Assembly (NCBI GenBank): GCA_964526325.1
Contig: CAZGKM010000009.1
Span: 1-51,451, forward strand
Direction of reading: 5' to 3'
Length of the DNA stretch: 51,451 nt
From: an uncultured Gammaproteobacteria bacterium
Lineage (GTDB): Bacteria; Patescibacteriota; Patescibacteriia; Patescibacteriales; GWC2-42-12
Shown: one piece after another, positions 42,971 through 51,451 of the stretch
Numbering within the stretch: position 1 is the stretch's first letter
How the letters are laid out: each line of letters starts with the position of its first letter
The notes under the pieces: model-generated
Seen by the model: the letters and a program-made list of their open reading frames with translations, nothing else
Databases searched by the model: none
Told to the model about the DNA's origin: nothing
Translations under genes and position numbers: made by a program

Positions 42971-43474
42971 ATGATTAATAAACAAAATAATTCAATTATT
43001 TTAGGCATAGACCCGGGTATCGCCGATACCGGTTTTGGCGTAATTTCTAACGAAAAAAACAAATTAACCTGTCTTGATTACGGCTCCATAAAAACTTCGG
43101 CTAAACTTATTCTCGCCGACAGGCTGGAAATAATAAACCTGGAATTAACCAAACTGATTAAAAAATATAAACCGGATTTAATCGCTATTGAAGAATTATT
43201 TTTTTGCAATAACGCTAAAACCGCGATTATCGTCGGCCAAGCCAGAGGAGTCGTGGTCTTAACGGCCAAACTGAATAAAATTAAAAGCGTGGAATTCACG
43301 CCTTTCCAGGTAAAACAAGCCGTCTCGACTTACGGCCACGCGAAAAAAAATCAAGTGCAAAGAATGGTTAAATTAATTTTAAACCTTGAAGAACTGCCGA
43401 AAGACGATGCGGCCGACGCCTTAGCTATTGCGATTTGCGCCGTTAATTCATGTAATATATTATCAAATAAATAA
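42971..43474 (+). CDS. ruvC: Holliday junction resolvase RuvC
   Basis: ILGIDPGIADTGFGVI, AIEELFF, DAADALAIA. Confidence 0.9.
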   Translation: MINKQNNSIILGIDPGIADTGFGVISNEKNKLTCLDYGSIKTSAKLILADRLEIINLELTKLIKKYKPDLIAIEELFFCNNAKTAIIVGQARGVVVLTAKLNKIKSVEFTPFQVKQAVSTYGHAKKNQVQRMVKLILNLEELPKDDAADALAIAICAVNSCNILSNK

Positions 43475-43480
43475 CAAATC

Positions 43481-44950
43481 ATGTCGAAACCGCTAAAAAT
43501 TGTTTCTATTACTTCCGAAGTTTCCCCGTTTTCTAAGACCGGCGGCCTGGCTGACGTGGCCAGAAGCTTGCCTAAAGCCCTGAAAAGATTAGGCCATGAA
43601 ATAATTATTATTACTCCGCTTTACGGCCAGGTAACCGATACTAAAGAACATAATTTAAAATTAATTCAGGAAAATGTGGGCGTCTACTTAAATTCGGTCG
43701 ATAAAATCGTGGTTAATTTTTGGCGGGGCGAATTAATGAAAAATTTACCGGTTTATTTTATTGAAAATAAAAAATATTTTTCCGCCAGAAAAAATATTTA
43801 TGGCTCATCGCATGAAAATGCCCGTTTTTTGGCTTTTGACGTGGCCGCGCTTAAACTAATATCATTTCTTAAATTTGAAGCCGATATTGTGCATTGCCAT
43901 GACTGGCATACCGGCCTAATTCCCTACTACTTAAAAACCGATTTCCAATATTCAAAAACTTTAAGCAAAACTAAAACCATTTTTACTATTCATAATTTGG
44001 CTTTTCAGCTCGGCCATAGCTGGTGGGAAATACCCAATAAAGATAAAGATTACGGCCGCAGCCGCCTGCCCCATCAAGATGATCCAAAAATAGAAACAAT
44101 TAACTTCGCCAAACGAGCGATACTTTCCGCCGATATTATCAATACGGTCAGCGAACAATACCGCGAAGAAATTTTAACAAAAAAATTCGGCCAGGACTTG
44201 CACCGTATTTTAGGCAACCGCGAGGATAAGCTTTACGGCATAATTAACGGCATTGACTATAAAACTTATAACCCGGAAAACGATCAAGGCTTATTTAAAA
44301 ATTATAATTACCAAAAAACGCACCGTAAAAAATTAAATAAAGAATATTTACAAAAAAAAGTCGGACTGCCCGTTGATAAAGAAGCGCCGATAATCGCCCT
44401 GACTTCAAGGGTTACCTTCCAAAAAGGTATGGATTTAGTGTTGGAAATAATAGAGCCCTTGGTTAAATTAGGCGTGCAAATCATAGTTATGGGCGACGGA
44501 GATAAAAATTATATTACCGAACTTAAAAAATATAATAAAAAATACCCGAAAAAAATCGTTTGGCTGTCTTTTAATGAAAATCAAAATTTAGAAACTTTGG
44601 TTTACGCCGGCGCGGATATTTTCCTTCTGCCGTCGCATCATGAACCTTGCGGTATCAACCAATTAATCGCCATGCGCTACGGCTGCATCCCGGTAGTCAG
44701 AAGAGTCGGCGGACTATACGATACTGTCACTAATTTTAATCCCAGGACTAACCGCGGCACCGGCTTTAATTTTGCCGGTTTTGATAAATATTCTCTGTTT
44801 GCCGCCGTTATCAGGGCTTTGGAAAACCGCCAATATAAAAATACTTGGCGCGGATTGATAGTCAGGGCGATGCAAGAATCCAACAGCTGGGAAATACCGG
44901 CCAAAAAATATGTATCCCTATATCGGAAAGCCATGAAAAACGGCAAATAA
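43481..44950 (+). CDS. glgA: Glycogen/starch synthase (GT5), paralog 1
   Basis: EVSPFSKTGGLADV, HDWHTGL, PSHHEPCGINQLIAMRYG. Confidence 0.9.
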   Translation: MSKPLKIVSITSEVSPFSKTGGLADVARSLPKALKRLGHEIIIITPLYGQVTDTKEHNLKLIQENVGVYLNSVDKIVVNFWRGELMKNLPVYFIENKKYFSARKNIYGSSHENARFLAFDVAALKLISFLKFEADIVHCHDWHTGLIPYYLKTDFQYSKTLSKTKTIFTIHNLAFQLGHSWWEIPNKDKDYGRSRLPHQDDPKIETINFAKRAILSADIINTVSEQYREEILTKKFGQDLHRILGNREDKLYGIINGIDYKTYNPENDQGLFKNYNYQKTHRKKLNKEYLQKKVGLPVDKEAPIIALTSRVTFQKGMDLVLEIIEPLVKLGVQIIVMGDGDKNYITELKKYNKKYPKKIVWLSFNENQNLETLVYAGADIFLLPSHHEPCGINQLIAMRYGCIPVVRRVGGLYDTVTNFNPRTNRGTGFNFAGFDKYSLFAAVIRALENRQYKNTWRGLIVRAMQESNSWEIPAKKYVSLYRKAMKNGK

Positions 44951-44979
44951 TTTTTTAATTTTTTTTATAAAATTCCCAT

Positions 44980-46149
44980 ATGCCAAAAATAACCTGGATT
45001 AACTTTCTTCACTTTTATCAGCCGCCGACTACCGACAATGAAACCATTATTGAGGCGGCCGAAATAAGCTATAAAAGAATAATCGGCGCCCTAAAAAGAA
45101 ATCCAAAAATCAAATTTACCCTTAATATAACCGGCTGCCTCTTGGAAAAGCTGGAAATTTTAGGCTATAAAGAACTGATTAACGATTTAAAGGAAATGTA
45201 CTTTCGAAAGCAAATTGAACTGACAGGTTCGGCCGCTTTTCATCCCGTGCTGGCGCTACTGCCTGACGAAGAAATTATCAGGCAAATTAAAATTAACGAA
45301 AAAATTTTAAAAAAATATTTCGGACAAAATTTTAAAACACCGGGCTTTTTTATCCCCGAAGCGGCTTACTCGGTTAAAGTCGCTAAAATAGTAAAAAAAT
45401 TAAATTACCGCTGGACAATGCTTGACGAAATAAGCGCGGACATAAAAACAAACAAGCTCGACTTCTCCGATCTTTATATTGATAAAAATTCCGGCCTTAA
45501 AATACTTTTTCGCCAAAGACAAAATTCAAAAAAATACGCGCCGCAAACAATTTTTAATTTAATTAACGAACAAAAAATCGAAACGGTTATTACGGCTACC
45601 GACGCCGAGCTTTACGGCTTAAGGCATAAAGATTTTAGCGGTACTTTTGAAAAACTGCTAAAGCGTCCGGAAATCAAAACTTTGACCGCCGGCGAATTTC
45701 TGACCGAATTAAGCAAACGGAAAAAAATAACTCTGCGCGCTTCTTCTTGGGAATCTACCGAAAAAGAAATAAAAAATAATTTGCCGTACTTTCTTTGGTT
45801 TAATAAAAAAAATAAAATTCAAACAATGCTTTGGCAATTGGCTTATGCCGCCATCGCCAATATCAATAAATACCCGAAAGACCAAAATTATTTTTGGTCA
45901 AGACAGCATTTGGATAAAGGCTTGGCCAGCTGCACTTTTTGGTGGGCTAGCGCTCATGATTTCAGACTCTACGGGCCGATTTCCTGGAATCCCGACGAAA
46001 TAGAAAAAGGCGTAAACGAATTGATCAAAAGCATCCGCGCCATAGGCGACCCGAAAACAAAACAAGCAAAAATTAAAGCGGAAAAATTATACATAAAAAT
46101 AAAAAAACTTATATGGCATAAACATTGGCATTATTATTGGCTAAAATAA
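44980..46149 (+). CDS. Glycoside hydrolase family 57 protein
   Basis: FLHFYQP, IELTGSAAFHPVLALL, FFIPEAAYS (nucleophile Glu region), TATDAELYG (acid/base Asp region). Confidence 0.75.
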   Translation: MPKITWINFLHFYQPPTTDNETIIEAAEISYKRIIGALKRNPKIKFTLNITGCLLEKLEILGYKELINDLKEMYFRKQIELTGSAAFHPVLALLPDEEIIRQIKINEKILKKYFGQNFKTPGFFIPEAAYSVKVAKIVKKLNYRWTMLDEISADIKTNKLDFSDLYIDKNSGLKILFRQRQNSKKYAPQTIFNLINEQKIETVITATDAELYGLRHKDFSGTFEKLLKRPEIKTLTAGEFLTELSKRKKITLRASSWESTEKEIKNNLPYFLWFNKKNKIQTMLWQLAYAAIANINKYPKDQNYFWSRQHLDKGLASCTFWWASAHDFRLYGPISWNPDEIEKGVNELIKSIRAIGDPKTKQAKIKAEKLYIKIKKLIWHKHWHYYWLK

Positions 46150-46198
46150 TATTCGCCCGGTCAGATTTTTAATATCTGCCGGAATTTAATAAAAAAAT

Positions 46199-47290
46199 AT
46201 GGCAGACCAAGTAAGTAAAAATTTAAACGAAGGCGTTCAACCGTCCAACAAAACAAACAAAATCTATAATTTACTGGACGAAAATTTTATTACCGGCTTA
46301 TTTAAAGAAAAAATCTTGCCCGAGTATCCGGAATTTTCCGAAATTCAGCAAATAAAAACTCATTTAATTAAAGACAATATCTGGACCTCTACTTATCATG
46401 TGGTAATTGAATATCAAACAACTTTTATTGATCCGGAAAAAAATTTACATACTTTGCCTATTTATTGCACGGCTCATAGCGATGAACCGCGCCTTAATTC
46501 TTTTGAAGCTTTAACTTTTCTTTGGCAAAACGGTTTTAACAAAGGAAATTTAACCATACCAAGGCCGCTTTTTTATTCGCCCGATTTTAACGCTTTTTTT
46601 TATGAAGGAATCAGCGGCCAGAATCTTTATCAATATATACGCCAGAAAGACATGAAAGCCGTAGAATCAATCGTAATTAAAGCTGCTGCCTGGTTTGCCA
46701 AATTGCATCATCTAAGCGCCACCGCCGTTAAAGCAAAAAACTTCAATCCCTTAAACAGCCTGATTGAAACTATAATTCCGGGCATGGCTAAAGCCATAGC
46801 AAAAGTTCAGGCCCATGAGCCGCGCTATTATGAAATTTGCCGCCAAGCCTATAAAATAATAAATCAAGCGGAAAAAGATTTTCTTGAGTCTACCGAACGG
46901 CGCTGGTTAATTCATGGCGATGCCCATCCGGAAAATGTTATTTGCATAGATAAAAACAAAATCGGCGTTATAGATTTCACCGATATTTGCCTGGCCGATT
47001 ACGCCCGCGACCTTGGCGCTTTTTTGCAGCAATTGGAGTTTATGATTCTCCGTAAAATCGACGATCAGCCTGAGGTAGAAAAAATAAAAAAGCTTTTCTT
47101 AAATAATTATTTAAAAAATGCTAAAATAACTTTAGACGACAATCTGCAAAAAAGAATTAATAATTATTATAACTGGACCGCTTTGCGCACCGCGATTTTT
47201 TTTCTGCTTAAAGATAAAGCCGAGCCGGAGCGAGCTCACGGCCTCTTAATTAAAATAAGCCAAAACTTGCAATTAGACATAACCATTTAA
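46199..47290 (+). CDS. APH/choline-kinase-fold phosphotransferase (maltokinase-like?)
   Basis: LIHGDAHPENV (catalytic loop), VIDFTD (Mg-binding). Confidence 0.7.
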   Translation: MADQVSKNLNEGVQPSNKTNKIYNLLDENFITGLFKEKILPEYPEFSEIQQIKTHLIKDNIWTSTYHVVIEYQTTFIDPEKNLHTLPIYCTAHSDEPRLNSFEALTFLWQNGFNKGNLTIPRPLFYSPDFNAFFYEGISGQNLYQYIRQKDMKAVESIVIKAAAWFAKLHHLSATAVKAKNFNPLNSLIETIIPGMAKAIAKVQAHEPRYYEICRQAYKIINQAEKDFLESTERRWLIHGDAHPENVICIDKNKIGVIDFTDICLADYARDLGAFLQQLEFMILRKIDDQPEVEKIKKLFLNNYLKNAKITLDDNLQKRINNYYNWTALRTAIFFLLKDKAEPERAHGLLIKISQNLQLDITI

Positions 47291-47294
47291 AATT

Positions 47295-48158
47295 ATGTTA
47301 ATTGATTTACAGGTTCATTCAACTTATTCCGACGGCTATCTGACGCCTAGCCAATTGGCTGATTTTTTATCGGCCAATAATATAAAAATCGCTTCCTTAA
47401 CCGACCACAACACGGTTGGCGGTCTTAAAGAATTCGAACTTGCTTGCAGAAATAAAAAAATTAAAACTATCAACGGCGTAGAGCTTTACGTAAAATACGG
47501 CCATAAAAAATTTAATATCTTATGGTATAACTTTAACCAACATGACCCGGGATTGCATAGCCTTTTAAGAACCAGCCAAGCCAGGCGCCGCCGTCAGATA
47601 AGAAACGCTTTATTAAAATTAAAAAAGCGTGGCTTTCAAATAGACGAAAGCCGTCTATTGGACAAATTTACCCACTACATTCCGCTTAACCATCTGATTG
47701 ACTGCATTTCTAAAATATCGGCCAATAAAAAATTGATAATTAAAAAATTAAAAACAGCCAACCCCAGCCAGGATGAAGTATTGGTTAACATTTTTAAAAA
47801 TCCGGCCTTTGCTAAAATCAGCGAAGGCTATATCGGATTAAAGCAAATTTTAAACTTAAGAAAAAAAATCGGCGGACAATTGATTTTAAACCATCCGGGT
47901 AAGCACAGTCGCCTGGACAGAAAATTCATCATTAGTATTAAGCGGCTCGGCTTAGACGGCCTGGAAATTGTCACGCCGCACCATTCCATAGGCGCAGTTA
48001 TGCATCTCCAGCGCTTGGCCAGAGAATATAAATTAATTATGACCGGCGGCTCTGATTTCCATCGTTTTGAGCCGCCGCCAGCCGACCTTAATAGCTGTTA
48101 CAATTATTTTAAAATTGACTCCGATTACTTAACCGATATTAATAAAATAATCGGCTAA
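47295..48158 (+). CDS. PHP-domain phosphoesterase
   Basis: IDLQVHSTYSDG, LTDHNT, GGSDFH. Confidence 0.8.
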   Translation: MLIDLQVHSTYSDGYLTPSQLADFLSANNIKIASLTDHNTVGGLKEFELACRNKKIKTINGVELYVKYGHKKFNILWYNFNQHDPGLHSLLRTSQARRRRQIRNALLKLKKRGFQIDESRLLDKFTHYIPLNHLIDCISKISANKKLIIKKLKTANPSQDEVLVNIFKNPAFAKISEGYIGLKQILNLRKKIGGQLILNHPGKHSRLDRKFIISIKRLGLDGLEIVTPHHSIGAVMHLQRLAREYKLIMTGGSDFHRFEPPPADLNSCYNYFKIDSDYLTDINKIIG

Positions 48159-48172
48159 GCGGATTGTCGCAC

Positions 48173-48748
48173 ATGAAACCACATCATTTAATTTTTGAGG
48201 GCGCGGAACTGTCGGGCAAAAGCTGGCTGATGTCCGAAATCTATAACCGCCTTGAGCCGAAATACAATAAAAGCGGCTATTTGCTTGATGGCTGCCACTG
48301 GTTTAATTGCGATGTCGGCGTTTACGGATCAAAATACGGCAAGTCAATAGTTAAATCATATCTAAAAATCTTCACTGAATTAAAAAACAGCAACCTTTTA
48401 GTGGAAAAATTTTATTTATCCGACATTGTTTATAACCGCCTGCACCGCCGTCAAGAAATAAATTATAAAGACACGGAAAAATATTTAAAAAAACTTGGCT
48501 TTAAAATAATTTTAATAACTTTACCGCCCGATAAAAAAATAATTCAAGAAAGAATTAACGACCGGTTAGAACTTTATCCGCACTATAAACGAATCTTGCG
48601 CCGGCCGAGCTGGTATATAAAACAGCAAGAGGAGTATCTTAAAGAAATTAAAAAAACTTGCTTGCCTTATCTGATAATCGAAACCAAAAAACTGCCGAAT
48701 AATAATTTAACCGATAAAATACTTAAATGGATAAAAGAAATAAAATAA
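48173..48748 (+). CDS. P-loop kinase-like protein (dNK/thymidylate-kinase fold?)
   Basis: FEGAELSGKS Walker A-like motif. The track ORF starts at TTG 48164; the first ATG is at 48173. Confidence 0.55.
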   Translation: MKPHHLIFEGAELSGKSWLMSEIYNRLEPKYNKSGYLLDGCHWFNCDVGVYGSKYGKSIVKSYLKIFTELKNSNLLVEKFYLSDIVYNRLHRRQEINYKDTEKYLKKLGFKIILITLPPDKKIIQERINDRLELYPHYKRILRRPSWYIKQQEEYLKEIKKTCLPYLIIETKKLPNNNLTDKILKWIKEIK

Positions 48749-49929
48749 AAGATAAGACAATAGAAGAATGTTATAAAAAATCCATTGCCTTACTTTTAAA
48801 TAATTCCGGTAATTATGGCATTTTAGCTAGCGCGCCGTCAAAAAGAGCTAAGCGAAGAAATTATTTAAGCATCTTCGGCCGGGACGCTGCAATTTGCTCT
48901 TTAGGAATGGTGGCCGGTAAAAATTTGGAATTAACAGCCATCGCGGAAAAAAGTTTAAAAAATCTGGCCGCTTACCAGGCTAAAAACGGCCAAATCCCCA
49001 ATTATATAAAACCGGAAACTAAAACTACCGACTTTTGGTATTTAGGCTGTATTGACGCGACTTTATGGTGGTTGATAGCCATTAAATTTTTTGATAAATA
49101 CTCTATAAAAAAATCATTACTGGAAAATCAGCTAAAGAAAAATATAGCTAAGGCAATTTCTTGGTTAGAGGGGCGTGAACATCAAAAATTTTATCTGATT
49201 GAGCAAGGCGAAGCCAGCGACTGGGCGGATATTATGCCCAGATCGGGCTTTGTGCTTTATTCAAACGTTTTATGGATTTGGGTAAAAAAATTATACAAAT
49301 TAAAAACTTTAAATAAAACCAAAAAAAATTTCAATTTCCTTTTTTACCCATGGCAAAAAATACCATTAAACTACTTTAAAAAAAATCACCGCGCCAAAAA
49401 ATTTATAGGGTTCGTGAAAAACGGCAGTAATAAATTACCTCATTATCTTAGTTTTGTTAATTACTCTTTCTGGGGCGAAGATGCTGACGTTTATGCTAAC
49501 CTGCTGGCTTGCTTGCTTGATTTGCCGGACAAAAAACTTAAGTATAAAATTATTAATTTCTGCCAAAAAGAAAAAAATAATTCTTCTTTACCGATAAAAA
49601 ATTGCTTTAAACCGATTAAAAAAAACGACAAACTCTGGCGGCTGTATATGCTGACGCATAAACAAAATTATCCCGAGCAATATCATAATGGCGGAATTTG
49701 GCCGTTTATCGGCTGCCTTTGGCCCATGCTGATTTATAAAACCGGCAAAAAAGACAAAGCCTGTGAAGAATTAAAAAAGGTGGCGTTGGCCAATAAGCTA
49801 AATAATTGGGAATTTAACGAATGGCTGCATGGCAAAACCGGAAAACCCCTAGGCATGGCCGGCCAATCATGGAATGCCGGCATATTTCTTTTGGCATATC
49901 ACTATTTAAATAATGAAATAAAAATATAA
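48727..49929 (+). CDS. (alpha/alpha)6-barrel glycosidase, GDE_C / GH100-like (debranching or invertase-like)
   Basis: FGRDAAI, EASDWADIMPR, QYHNGGIWPFIG. Overlaps the upstream gene by 22 nt. Confidence 0.65.
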   Translation: MDKRNKIKDKTIEECYKKSIALLLNNSGNYGILASAPSKRAKRRNYLSIFGRDAAICSLGMVAGKNLELTAIAEKSLKNLAAYQAKNGQIPNYIKPETKTTDFWYLGCIDATLWWLIAIKFFDKYSIKKSLLENQLKKNIAKAISWLEGREHQKFYLIEQGEASDWADIMPRSGFVLYSNVLWIWVKKLYKLKTLNKTKKNFNFLFYPWQKIPLNYFKKNHRAKKFIGFVKNGSNKLPHYLSFVNYSFWGEDADVYANLLACLLDLPDKKLKYKIINFCQKEKNNSSLPIKNCFKPIKKNDKLWRLYMLTHKQNYPEQYHNGGIWPFIGCLWPMLIYKTGKKDKACEELKKVALANKLNNWEFNEWLHGKTGKPLGMAGQSWNAGIFLLAYHYLNNEIKI

Positions 49930-51386
49930 TGCTTAATAAATCAAAAATTAAAGTTTTATTTCTTTCGGCCGAAGTCGCGCCCTTAGCTAAGGTCGGCGGC
50001 TTAGGCGATGTGGCCGGAGCCTTGCCTCAAGCCTTAAATAAATTAGGATTAGATATTAAAATTTGTTTGCCTTATTACGGCTTAATAGACACAAAAAAAT
50101 ATCCGGCAAAAAAAATTATCGGCAAACTGGAAGTGCCAACCGGCAAAAAAAATGAAACTATCGACGTTTGGGAGACTAATCTCCCGGGAACAAAAATTCC
50201 TATCTATTTAATAAAGCATAGTTTTTTCAACTTTAAAGATATATATTTAGGCAAACATGCCAAGCAGCCGGATAATTCAAAAAGGTTCGCTTTCTTTACT
50301 CGTTCTGCCCTGGAAATCGTTAAAAAAATTAACTTTAAACCGGACATAATCCATGCCAACGATTGGCATACCGGTCTGACCGCTGATTTTATTAAAACAT
50401 TAAACCAAAAAAATAATTTTTTTGCCAAAACCAGAACTCTCTATACAATTCATAATTTGTCCAGCCAGGGTATAACCAGGCCGGATATAGTCGCCTACAC
50501 AAAAATTGACCCGAATCTGGCGATTATTAAAGTTGACGCCGAAGACGGCGATATAAATTTTATGGTTCAGGGAATTTTGGGTTCGGATTTAATTAACACG
50601 GTTAGCCCGACTTATGCCAAGGAAATACTTGAGCATTATCAGGGAGCAAATTTAGAAAAAATTCTTAAAAAAAGGAAAAAAGATCTTTACGGAATTTTGA
50701 ACGGTATTGATACCGGCTTTTTTAACCCGGCTGCGGATAATTTAATCAGCCAAAAATATTCGCTTAAAAGTTTAGAGAAAAAAACAGACAATAAGCTGGC
50801 TTTACAAAAAAAATTAGGCCTGCCGATTGATAAAAATATCGCTTTAGTCGGTTTGGTTTCCCGTTTAGTCTGGCAAAAAGGCCTGGATTTAATTACTGAA
50901 AAATTCAGCCGTTTAAATTGCCAATTCGTCTTTCTGGGCACCGGCCAAGCCGAGCTTGAACAACAGCTAATAAATTTATCTAAAAAATTCCCGAGTAAAT
51001 TTTGCACCCAAATTAAATTTGACGAAAAATTAGCTCACTTAATTTACGCCGGCTCCGATATTTTTTTAATGCCGTCGCGCTTTGAACCTTGCGGTCTTGG
51101 CCAAATGATCGCCATGCGCTACGGAACCGTACCGCTGGTGCGTGCTACCGGCGGACTGGCCGATACGGTTAAAAATAAAAACGGTTTTATTTTTAAAAAA
51201 TATTCCAGCGAAGAATTATATAAAACTATCGATAAAGCGCTAACTGTTTTTTATACAAATAGAAAGCTCTGGCGTCGGCTAAAAGTTAATGGTATGAAAA
51301 ATAATTTTTCCTGGGACAAACCGGCTTATGAATATTTAAAACTTTATAAAAAATTATCAAACGGCAAATCCGAAATAAAAAAGTAA
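49929..51386 (+). CDS. glgA: Glycogen/starch synthase (GT5), paralog 2
   Basis: EVAPLAKVGGLGDV, NDWHTGL, PSRFEPCGLGQMIAMRYG. The ATG overlaps the upstream stop (TAATG). Confidence 0.9.
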   Translation: MLNKSKIKVLFLSAEVAPLAKVGGLGDVAGALPQALNKLGLDIKICLPYYGLIDTKKYPAKKIIGKLEVPTGKKNETIDVWETNLPGTKIPIYLIKHSFFNFKDIYLGKHAKQPDNSKRFAFFTRSALEIVKKINFKPDIIHANDWHTGLTADFIKTLNQKNNFFAKTRTLYTIHNLSSQGITRPDIVAYTKIDPNLAIIKVDAEDGDINFMVQGILGSDLINTVSPTYAKEILEHYQGANLEKILKKRKKDLYGILNGIDTGFFNPAADNLISQKYSLKSLEKKTDNKLALQKKLGLPIDKNIALVGLVSRLVWQKGLDLITEKFSRLNCQFVFLGTGQAELEQQLINLSKKFPSKFCTQIKFDEKLAHLIYAGSDIFLMPSRFEPCGLGQMIAMRYGTVPLVRATGGLADTVKNKNGFIFKKYSSEELYKTIDKALTVFYTNRKLWRRLKVNGMKNNFSWDKPAYEYLKLYKKLSNGKSEIKK

Positions 51387-51451
51387 AAAAATTAATCCAT
51401 ATTGACAAAATGCGTAATTTTTGCTAATATATAGTTAGAGAGCTAAAAATA

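Noticed and set aside
42823-43062. Track ORF (79 aa) and similar ORFs overlapping repeats (22076..22294, 11862..12056, N-terminal extensions at 4004-4063 and 30416-30430)
   Set aside because: They translate family A/B repeat or structured-RNA sequence (for example ..CHCEESSICGATKQS..). They overlap better-supported features and lack an RBS.

Overview
The window is a 51.4-kb chromosomal segment from an AT-rich, small-gene bacterium using the standard code, since TGA, TAA and TAG all terminate long ORFs. The gene content suggests a Candidate Phyla Radiation (Patescibacteria/Parcubacteria-like) organism: bacterial Elp3, stand-alone TrpB2, archaeal-type PGI/PMI, GH57, an orphan type IV pilin, a giant surface protein and dense palindromic repeats. 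That placement is inference only. About 50 coding genes are supportable. They are mostly housekeeping: recQ, pyrC, a fused pyrK-pyrD, folD, glyA, PMM/PGM, gdh, trpS, trpB2, tsaD, yebC and ruvC. There is also a csoR-copA copper module, a FecR plus CHASE2-adenylate-cyclase pair, and a seven-gene alpha-glucan cluster with two glgA paralogs. No rRNA, CRISPR array, transposase, integrase or reverse transcriptase was seen. The most unusual signals are at RNA/DNA level. (1) A complete tRNA-Glu(UUC) lies inside the anticodon loop of a second tRNA-Glu-like gene whose two halves still form a perfect cloverleaf (37126-37344). (2) Short repeat modules are inserted in frame in housekeeping genes (tsaD, elp3, recQ, trpS), much like Rickettsia palindromic elements. 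(3) At least three intergenic MITE/REP-like families are present. (4) A T-box leader with a G73-type UGGC bulge and a candidate UGG specifier sits upstream of a zinc-ribbon mini-ORF and trpB2/trpS. (5) An unclassified structured RNA locus with its own promoter and terminator lies upstream of glyA. All family calls come from motif reading by eye; no searches were run.
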